Below, piece after piece: positions 29,209-36,206 of a stretch of 36,206 nucleotides of DNA (positions are counted from its first letter, which is position 1; each line of letters starts with the position of its first letter). Source of the stretch: a virus; IMG/VR virus record IMGVR_UViG_3300028595_000007, positions 1-36,206 of that record; one strand, written 5' to 3'. The notes under the pieces were generated by a model, which saw only the letters and a program-made list of their open reading frames with translations, was not told the origin of the DNA and did not search any database. The translations under genes and the position numbers were made by a program.

Positions 29209-29510
29209 TGTATCAATACATAATTGACATATTTAACTCAGGTGAAACATTCCTATCAATATTGTTACTGACGCTATCAGTATCATGCCTAAGAAGAACG
29301 TTAAAAATGAAGCATTATTATAGAAAAAAGTTTACTTCTATATTGACACTATCAATATTCACATCGTCACTACTGATAATAGGAAGCATAAGATGGGTAC
29401 AAGGATATGAAGATGATATATTATGGTTAATGATAGAGTATGGATATATAATAACTTCAATAATGGGAATATTATTAATTAATAAATCTTTAATAAAAAA
29501 TGGCAAATAA
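29208..29510 (+). CDS. Membrane protein, holin-like (100 aa, 3 TM)
   Basis: TAATG junction. There are three hydrophobic segments. Confidence 0.5.
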   Translation: MYQYIIDIFNSGETFLSILLLTLSVSCLRRTLKMKHYYRKKFTSILTLSIFTSSLLIIGSIRWVQGYEDDILWLMIEYGYIITSIMGILLINKSLIKNGK

Positions 29511-29775
29511 AGATTGTGTTTCTCACGAACACTGTAAAGAAAGGCAACATACCATTAGAAATTCTATTACTCTAATTAGTAATAGATTAGAAGAAATAGA
29601 GAAAAGTTATGTAAAAAGTGCATTATTTAAAATAGTTTTAGCAATAGGTGTTACAGTAATAGGTTCACTATTTGCAATCTCACTGGCGAACTTAAAAGCT
29701 GCAATAGAGATTAAGACTATACTTAAATATTCAAATATAGAATTCCCTAATAAACATTCAATACTTGGAGATTAA
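29500..29775 (+). CDS. Single-pass membrane protein in the lysis cassette (91 aa)
   Basis: TM segment LFKIVLAIGVTVIGSLFAISLANL. It overlaps the previous gene by 11 nt. Confidence 0.5.
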   Translation: MANKDCVSHEHCKERQHTIRNSITLISNRLEEIEKSYVKSALFKIVLAIGVTVIGSLFAISLANLKAAIEIKTILKYSNIEFPNKHSILGD

Positions 29776-29789
29776 TTTTTTAAAAAACT

Positions 29790-29939
29790 ATGAGAAAAAG
29801 ACAAGACAAAAGGCAATCAGTAATATTAAGTCCAAAACTTAGAATTACATTACCTCGTAAGATTAAATCAACTTGTAATGGTTGTCAGGTTTTAAAGACA
29901 TACCATAGAAAAAGATCTTACAAAAATAAATTAGTTTAA
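29790..29939 (+). CDS. 49-aa highly basic mini-protein
   Basis: Hand translation: MRKRQDKRQSVILSPKLRITLPRKIKSTCNGCQVLKTYHRKRSYKNKLV. It has the standard TAATTTTTTAAAAAACT spacer before its ATG. Confidence 0.4.
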   Translation: MRKRQDKRQSVILSPKLRITLPRKIKSTCNGCQVLKTYHRKRSYKNKLV

Positions 29940-29952
29940 TTTTTACTTAATT

Positions 29953-30453
29953 ATGAAAAGAATAGATGACATAAACGAGCTAAATCCTCAAATGAAGGAA
30001 AAGGTAGAAAAGCTTTTACAATTAGCCAAAGAAAATGGTTTAAATGTAAAGGTTTTTGAGACTTATCGTTCACAAGAAAGGCAAGATGAACTTTATGCTC
30101 AAGGCAGAACAAAACCAGGACGTAAGGTTACATGGACACGTAACTCAAGGCATAAAAAAAGAGAAGCTGTAGATATGGTCTTTATAGATAAAAATGGCAA
30201 TTATACTTGGAGCGGAGACTGGAATAAATTAATAGACCTTGGAAAAGAATGCAAGCTATACAGCCTAGCACCACTCGAAAAAGCTCATTTTCAGGACAAT
30301 GGTGAAGCTTTATATCCTATACCTGACTGGGCAGAGCCTACAGTTCAAAAAATGAAAGAGAAGGGCATTAAAACAGATCCTTCCGAGGAAGTAGGAAGAC
30401 TTCCATTGTACCAACTTTTAATGATTATTGATAAATACAATGACAATAAGTGA
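29953..30453 (+). CDS. Endolysin, peptidase M15 family (Zn D-Ala-D-Ala carboxypeptidase/L-Ala-D-Glu peptidase type)
   Basis: FETYRSQERQDELYAQGRTKPGRKVTWTRNSRHKKREAVD ... AHFQ matches the M15 pattern (Rs.eeQ..ly.qGrt ... S.H..g.AvD ... pHf). Confidence 0.75.
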   Translation: MKRIDDINELNPQMKEKVEKLLQLAKENGLNVKVFETYRSQERQDELYAQGRTKPGRKVTWTRNSRHKKREAVDMVFIDKNGNYTWSGDWNKLIDLGKECKLYSLAPLEKAHFQDNGEALYPIPDWAEPTVQKMKEKGIKTDPSEEVGRLPLYQLLMIIDKYNDNK

Positions 30454-31042
30454 ATTCAAAACATTATGGGCTGAATATGAACAAAAATCTATCCCTAGTG
30501 ATACGATTACTTATCTATTCTTAAATGAGATAGATCAAACTATTTATGATTCTATCTTAAAGATCTATCCTGAGAAATTTATGAGTTCCACTACAGTTAG
30601 CGTAACTAGTGGTACAAGTACTTATTCTTTACCAGCTGATTTTCAATCAATAGTCCCAAAAAGAAGTGGATTATTTCAATTAGATGACAATGGCGGAGTA
30701 TCATATACATATAATCAAACAGAATTCGGTTCTTTAAAGAAAGGTTTTTACTTAGATGGTACAAATATAGTAATTACCCCAGAGCCTACAGCAGATGTAA
30801 GCTTAACATTTAGATATATACCAGATAGAGATTTATATACTACTGACACAGATACATTAATCCTTGAAGATAAATATAAGAAATTTTATTTAGATTGGTT
30901 TTCATTCTTATATAACGTAAGAGTAGAAAATTATGGTTCTGCTAACGTAAGGAGAGACTTTGCAAAAGAAGCAGAAGGGATTGTAAGCAAAGAATACAGC
31001 CCAAATATAAGACTTTTAAAAACTAATGCTTTTTCATTATGA
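30440..31042 (+). CDS. Putative head-tail adaptor / tail tubular A-like protein (200 aa)
   Basis: ATG 30440 overlaps the endolysin 3' end. It pairs with the following 613-aa gene in size and order, as in podovirus adaptor/nozzle gene pairs. Positional call only. Confidence 0.3.
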   Translation: MTISEFKTLWAEYEQKSIPSDTITYLFLNEIDQTIYDSILKIYPEKFMSSTTVSVTSGTSTYSLPADFQSIVPKRSGLFQLDDNGGVSYTYNQTEFGSLKKGFYLDGTNIVITPEPTADVSLTFRYIPDRDLYTTDTDTLILEDKYKKFYLDWFSFLYNVRVENYGSANVRRDFAKEAEGIVSKEYSPNIRLLKTNAFSL

Positions 31043-32880
31043 GCCTAGATGTAACATTACCAACCCCAGGCGATGTAAAAGTAGGTATCAACTATGGTAC
31101 TACTGGTGGACAAAACCAAAGAGATTTGGCTACACGTCTTGCTGCCAATCAGGCTGTTAAAATACAGAATTATTTTGTTAAAGGTGATGGTAGAATGGTA
31201 ACTAGAGAAGGTATTTTAAAAATAGAAGAAATAGCTGATGAGATAGGGGAAAGAATAGTGACAATGGATTCAGATAATTTAGCTTATTGTTATTATAATG
31301 GCACTTCATTTAAGTTTGCTATATACAACATATCTAGTAATACATCTACAGTAATACAAACAGAAGAACCATCAGGGATTAATGCTAATAGATTAAAACC
31401 AGCGATGAAAAGATATGGTAAATATTTAATATATTCAGTAGGTGGGTTAAAAGTTATGTTGCATTATCTCAATGGTAAATTTTTAAAATATGATTCACAA
31501 AGCACAAACTTCACTATTGGCGAAACTGTAACAGGTGCTACGAGTGGTGCTACTGGTGTTGTTACTGCTGACACTGATGACGGCTCTAGTGGAGCTCTTG
31601 TTCTCACTAGTAGGAATGGAACTGCATTTCAAAATAATGAACAACTTAATGGAAGTGTAGGAGGGAATAATATGGCTTTAGCAGATGGTGCTGATAGATA
31701 TTGGTTTCAATTAAGTGAATCACCAAAAGCTAGTGTATTAGAAATATATAACTCATATAATGGAGCTTTTTTAATGGCTGGTGATACAGATACTAACGAA
31801 TCTCAAGTTAGATGGGCTGAGGCTATCACAGATCCTACTGTAATTCCTTTTACTAATTGGACTGCATCAGATGATCCAGCCGGATCTGGTGTAAATTTGA
31901 CTGAATCAGGAGGAAAAGTTAATTCAATTGTTTCTCATAGGAATTTAACAGTTGTATTTTATGATGATGCAACAAAGGCATTCAAATTAGACGTAATAGA
32001 TGACGCTACAGCGGGGTTAAAACAATTTCAGGTAACACAACACCAAGAATTTAATTTCGGCGGTTACAACTCAATATCAACGCCTATGGGTATATTTTAC
32101 ACCAATGAGAATGGAGTTTATCAAATGGAATTTTCAGGAGAGGATAAATTAGAATCAGAAATATCAAATATCTTGGGAGAAGATCAAATTGAAAATTATA
32201 ATTTTGAAAATTCAACTCTACTTTGGGATGGCAAAGAGAGAATTTATGTTCAATTAGGAGAAAATAGTACAACTAATAACTTTTGCTTAGTATATAACGT
32301 TAAATTAAAAATATGGACTGAAATAACAGGATGGAATATCCAAGAATTATGTAAAGTGTCTTTCAATAATGTAAATAAAATATATGGTATAAGCAGCTCA
32401 GGTTGTAAAATATATGAAGTATTTAGTGGTTATCAGGACGATGGTACTGATATAGATGGCAAGATACTTTATAAGCAAGAAGATGGTGGCGATCCTGTTA
32501 TGTTAAAGGATGTAAAAAGCATTTGGATGCAAGGGAAATTATCTGCTAGTTCAGTAATAAGAGTAGATATTAATTCATGGGATGAAGACAACTCAGTCAC
32601 AGAATCAGCTAAAACTTATTGGTGGGCTGGATCTGACGCTAATTTAGAACCTTATGGCTTTGGTGTAACTTCATACGCTAAAGGAATACAAAAAGGAGAC
32701 ATAGTAATATCAGAGGACTTTGTGCATGATGGTTTTACTCCAATACAAAACGCTTTAAAGTATCAATTTCAAATAAGCTCTTCTTATAATTTACCTCATG
32801 AGATACATTTCATAGAGACTGAGGTCGAGTTTAAACGTAGGGCAATAAGGAACAACTTTTTGACTAGTAAACCTTCTTAA
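31039..32880 (+). CDS. Putative tail (nozzle / tubular B-like) protein (613 aa)
   Basis: ATGA overlap with the previous gene. Beta-rich. Positional call only. Confidence 0.3.
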   Translation: MSLDVTLPTPGDVKVGINYGTTGGQNQRDLATRLAANQAVKIQNYFVKGDGRMVTREGILKIEEIADEIGERIVTMDSDNLAYCYYNGTSFKFAIYNISSNTSTVIQTEEPSGINANRLKPAMKRYGKYLIYSVGGLKVMLHYLNGKFLKYDSQSTNFTIGETVTGATSGATGVVTADTDDGSSGALVLTSRNGTAFQNNEQLNGSVGGNNMALADGADRYWFQLSESPKASVLEIYNSYNGAFLMAGDTDTNESQVRWAEAITDPTVIPFTNWTASDDPAGSGVNLTESGGKVNSIVSHRNLTVVFYDDATKAFKLDVIDDATAGLKQFQVTQHQEFNFGGYNSISTPMGIFYTNENGVYQMEFSGEDKLESEISNILGEDQIENYNFENSTLLWDGKERIYVQLGENSTTNNFCLVYNVKLKIWTEITGWNIQELCKVSFNNVNKIYGISSSGCKIYEVFSGYQDDGTDIDGKILYKQEDGGDPVMLKDVKSIWMQGKLSASSVIRVDINSWDEDNSVTESAKTYWWAGSDANLEPYGFGVTSYAKGIQKGDIVISEDFVHDGFTPIQNALKYQFQISSSYNLPHEIHFIETEVEFKRRAIRNNFLTSKPS

Positions 32881-32894
32881 TTTATAATAAAAAT

Positions 32895-33821
32895 ATGGCA
32901 AATCCAACAAGTTTAGTAAACTTAACACCGGCAAAACTAGGAGAGCCAGACAACCCTATTGTAAAGGTTGCAACTCCTATGAGTGCTACTGCAACAACTC
33001 TAGTAGCAACAAGCCCAGGCTTTGTAGATGAGGATGGCACAGCTTTGGCAACTCCTTTTCAAATATCAGTAAGAATAACAAGTGGTGATTATAAAAACTA
33101 CGTTGAACAAATGGAAGTAACAGCTGTTGCAGCTGATGACGTTACTGCTACAGTAGTTAGAGGCACATCAGACGCTAGAGACTACACCGCAGGAAATGCA
33201 GACTTCGCAAAAGCTATCCCAAGAGATTCAATCGTTGAAATAGCACCTACTCCACAAATGCAAAATATGATCGTAGATGCAATCCAAGGATCAATAGCTA
33301 CTGGTGGAAACATATTTCAAATAGGAGATGGCACAGAAACAGATAATGTTATTGCAGTATTAGATGACACAGGATCACGCTCAATCTTAAGAAGAGACGA
33401 TTCAACTGATAAAGTTCAATATGCTCATGATGGATCAGATTGGACAGATATAGATAAGTCAGATAAATCAATGACAATTATAGTTAATGATGTTGCCGAA
33501 GATGCAACTGTAAGTGATGGACAAGTATATTTTAGAATACCTACAACATTAACAGGAATGAAACTAAGTGAAGCTCATGGAAATGTAGTAACAGCAGGAA
33601 CAACAGGAAACACAACTATTCAGATAAATAACACCACAACAACTAACGACATGCTTTCAAGCCTTATTACTATAGCAAGTGCAGCGACAAGTGGGAGCGG
33701 GACAGTAAGCGCAACTTATGCACCAGTAACAGCAGCAGATGTTCTTAGAATAGATGTAGACACTGTTTCTACTACAGCCCCTAAAGGTTTATTTTTAACT
33801 TTAGTTTTTACACAAGTTTAA
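32895..33821 (+). CDS. Putative tail fibre/spike protein (308 aa)
   Basis: T/A/S/G-rich, beta-rich sequence in the tail module. Confidence 0.4.
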   Translation: MANPTSLVNLTPAKLGEPDNPIVKVATPMSATATTLVATSPGFVDEDGTALATPFQISVRITSGDYKNYVEQMEVTAVAADDVTATVVRGTSDARDYTAGNADFAKAIPRDSIVEIAPTPQMQNMIVDAIQGSIATGGNIFQIGDGTETDNVIAVLDDTGSRSILRRDDSTDKVQYAHDGSDWTDIDKSDKSMTIIVNDVAEDATVSDGQVYFRIPTTLTGMKLSEAHGNVVTAGTTGNTTIQINNTTTTNDMLSSLITIASAATSGSGTVSATYAPVTAADVLRIDVDTVSTTAPKGLFLTLVFTQV

Positions 33822-33822
33822 T

Positions 33823-34785
33823 ATGTCTAAAACTGTATTAGTTTATTCAGCGGCAGGATCAGGGGGCGGTAGTGTCGATGGTGCTTTATATGTTACTACT
33901 CCTCAATCTAATTTTAGTAATTTATTAAATAAAACCACTTCTGACGTTGCTGACACAACTACTACGGCTCAAGGTTTACAATGGATAGGGACTAGTGCTG
34001 GCAACTTTCCGCTAGGAATGGCAAGATTTGTAATGACTTTTGATACTTCTACATTAGGAAGCACAGCTGTTGTTGATTCTGCTTTTATAAGATTTTTAAT
34101 TGCAGGTGCTGCACCAGATACAGGTCAAGGTCAACCAGATATTCATATAACAGCAGCTCCAGCATCAATAACAGATACTTTATCAACATCAGATTTTGAT
34201 AGAAGCAATTTTGGTTCAACATCTTTCGGAAGTATTTCATACCCTTTAACTAGTGTAAGTAAAAGTATAAATTTCAATGCTAGTGGTAAGGCGGCTATAA
34301 ATACAACTGGATTAAGTAAATTTGCATTACGTTCTGATTTTGACGTTAGCGGCTCTTGGACATCAACTGGTGCAAGTAATTCAACAGCATTTTCTATATA
34401 CACAAGGGATTATTCAATATTAGCAGATCGACCTTATTTATCAGTAACTTATTCAGCTGCTCCAATAGTAACAACTAGTGCAGCAATTAACATAGGAGGC
34501 ACAGCAGCAACAGGAGTTGGCGAAGTTGCAAGTGATGAAGGCGAAACAATAACAGAAAGAGGATTTTGTTGGTCAACAAGTCCTAATCCGACTACAGCAG
34601 ACGATAAAGTAATAGTATCTGGGACAACAGGAGCTTACGAAGGATCAATAACTGGCTTATCAGCTAGTACAGGATACCATTACAGAGCTTATGCAATAAA
34701 TTCAATTGGTACAGCTTATGGTAGTGATACTGAATTTACTACTAAATCAGGAGATTTTAAGCCTAAAACTTTTATTCTTACTTGA
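33823..34785 (+). CDS. Putative tail fibre protein with a C-terminal FN3/Ig-like domain (320 aa)
   Basis: ITERGFCWSTSPNPTTADDKVIVSGTTGAYEGSITGLSASTGYHYRAYAINSIGTAYGSDTEFTT is a typical FN3-like repeat. Confidence 0.45.
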   Translation: MSKTVLVYSAAGSGGGSVDGALYVTTPQSNFSNLLNKTTSDVADTTTTAQGLQWIGTSAGNFPLGMARFVMTFDTSTLGSTAVVDSAFIRFLIAGAAPDTGQGQPDIHITAAPASITDTLSTSDFDRSNFGSTSFGSISYPLTSVSKSINFNASGKAAINTTGLSKFALRSDFDVSGSWTSTGASNSTAFSIYTRDYSILADRPYLSVTYSAAPIVTTSAAINIGGTAATGVGEVASDEGETITERGFCWSTSPNPTTADDKVIVSGTTGAYEGSITGLSASTGYHYRAYAINSIGTAYGSDTEFTTKSGDFKPKTFILT

Positions 34786-34809
34786 TAGAAAATAATATTT
34801 TAAATAATT

Positions 34810-36206
34810 ATGGCTACTCAATTTTTTACAAGAGAAAAAGGCAGAACAACTTTAATAGATCCACTTACTGGTGAAACTAGAACTTTTGCTGAAAGTGAAG
34901 AAACTTATAATAAGCTTCAAGATACACGCAGAAGAAAAGCTCAAGCCAAGCTTAGAGGTGCATTAACTCAAGTTGGAATTAAGCCGACTATAGATGTAAT
35001 GAAAGAATTACAAGGTATTGAAGATGAGCCAACTCAATCTCAAATAGATAAAACTTTAGATGCTTATACTAAAGATCAAAAAATAACATCAGGGCAAGCT
35101 AGATCTGGTATTCAAAGAGCATTAGAAGGTAAACCACTAGGACAAACATTGTCATCAGGAGTGCAAAAGTATTTATCAACACCAAGCCCTAAAAGTTCAG
35201 TTGAAAAGAAAAAGACAACTGCTGATAAACTAAGAGAAAAAGCTACAGGAATATCAACAGCTTTTGATATAACTAAATTCCAGAAAGAAGATCCAGAAAC
35301 AGGCGAGACTACTACCGACCTACAATCAGCTTTAAATTCAGCTTTAAATTTACTTAAAGGCAAACAAAAAACAGAAGAAGATATATTAATGTTAGAAAGT
35401 ATGGCAAGCACTGAAGAAGCTAGAGAAAAAACAGATGAGGAGCTTAGAAGAGAGTTTTTTGGTAGTGATGAAGCTAAGGCTATTGAAGAAAAAAGAAGCC
35501 TCTTAGAAGAAGAATACAAAGCAGCTAGAGAAACACAAAGAGTAATAAATAACGAGAGAATGTCACGTGAGAAAGATAAAGCAAGAAGACAGGCTCAATT
35601 AGTAAGAGCTAGAGTTGGGGGGTTAGAAGGAGATATATCAAACGTTGCTTTTGCTGAAGGAGTAGTAGCAGAAGGTGCAGATTATCTAAGAAGATTAGAA
35701 AGAGATCAAAATATGAGTTTAAATTCTATGGAAAGAACTTATAAAGAAGAAAAGTTCAATCTTGATGAAGCAGAAAGAAGATCAGTTGAAAATTATATTA
35801 AGGAAAGAAGAGCTGAAATTGGCGAGAAAAAAGATGATGCGATTAAATATATTAATACTCTTATTAGTAGTAAAGCTATAGATAATGTCTCAGATCAAGC
35901 ATTAAGAGAACTTGAAAAACAAGCAGGAATGCCTAGCGGAATAGTTTTAGCTATGAAAGAACAAGCCAAACAAGTGGAAGAAGCTCAAAAAGAAGCTCAA
36001 AAAATGAAAGATGCTACTAGTATTCTTAATTTACAAAAAGCACAAATAGAGCTTCAAAAACTACAAAAAGAAGCTGAAAAAGGAGATACACCAGAAATAA
36101 CAGCAGCACAAAGTGATTTCTTGTTTTATTCACAGCTTAAAAAGACTAACCCAGAAATGGCAGAGAAATTTGCACAACAAAGAGGATTTACAACAGAAGA
36201 AATTGA
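34810..36206 (+). CDS. 5' part of a wrap-around gene: large K/E-rich coiled-coil virion/ejection-type protein (about 952 aa in total, continues at 128..1589)
   Basis: ATG at 34810 follows the TGA of the previous gene. Hand translation (MATQFFTREKGRTTLIDPLTGE...) reaches the window end with no stop. It is absent from the ORF track only because no stop lies inside the window. The reading phase matches track ORF 42..1589 once the 36079-nt offset is removed. The product call is positional and compositional only. Confidence 0.75.
   Translation, partial: MATQFFTREKGRTTLIDPLTGETRTFAESEETYNKLQDTRRRKAQAKLRGALTQVGIKPTIDVMKELQGIEDEPTQSQIDKTLDAYTKDQKITSGQARSGIQRALEGKPLGQTLSSGVQKYLSTPSPKSSVEKKKTTADKLREKATGISTAFDITKFQKEDPETGETTTDLQSALNSALNLLKGKQKTEEDILMLESMASTEEAREKTDEELRREFFGSDEAKAIEEKRSLLEEEYKAARETQRVINNERMSREKDKARRQAQLVRARVGGLEGDISNVAFAEGVVAEGADYLRRLERDQNMSLNSMERTYKEEKFNLDEAERRSVENYIKERRAEIGEKKDDAIKYINTLISSKAIDNVSDQALRELEKQAGMPSGIVLAMKEQAKQVEEAQKEAQKMKDATSILNLQKAQIELQKLQKEAEKGDTPEITAAQSDFLFYSQLKKTNPEMAEKFAQQRGFTTEEI
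36080..36206. repeat. Terminal overlap, copy 2 (identical to 1..127)
   Basis: Same comparison as copy 1. It lies inside an open reading frame that continues in phase at position 128. Confidence 0.95.

Noticed and set aside
35112-35519. Minus-strand ORF of 135 aa.
   Set aside because: It lies entirely inside the open plus-strand wrap-around gene (34810..). The S/L-rich sequence is the antisense shadow of a K/E/A-rich coiled coil.

Overview
This window is a complete, circularly closed tailed-phage genome. The first 127 nt recur exactly as the last 127 nt, giving a unique length of 36,079 bp. One large gene (34810..36206 continuing at 128..1589) runs across that junction. The DNA is AT-rich and tightly packed. 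Genes lack Shine-Dalgarno sequences and are separated by short TAA / T-run / A-run spacers. Layout: (1) a leftward early operon of about 16 small ORFs (4439..9448, minus strand), including a NinG-like nuclease, a HIRAN-like protein, an acidic repeat protein, an HTH protein and many unknowns. (2) A 0.9-kb ORF-free divergent control region (9449..10326) with sigma70-type promoters, a palindromic operator-like cluster, a structured small RNA and two modules resembling T3/T7 RNA polymerase promoters. (3) A rightward regulation/replication module: XRE HTH, T5orf172 protein, a replication-organiser-like protein with in-gene iteron-like repeats, an SNF2 helicase-DNA methyltransferase fusion, small membrane proteins, an SLT-like ORF reachable only by a -1 shift at an A10 run, and Zn-ribbon mini-ORFs. 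(4) Packaging and morphogenesis: HNH endonuclease, small and large terminase, portal, scaffold, major capsid, a 4xLamG fibre-like protein, a lysis cassette with an M15 peptidase, adaptor/tail proteins and fibres. (5) Two giant virion/ejection-type proteins, the second ending in two tandem ADP-ribosyltransferase-like modules. Gene content looks podovirus-like, since no sheath, tube or chaperone/tape-measure set is recognisable. I found no integrase, DNA polymerase, RNA polymerase, tRNA, rRNA, CRISPR array or transposase. All functional calls come from motif recognition by eye and gene position, not from database searches.
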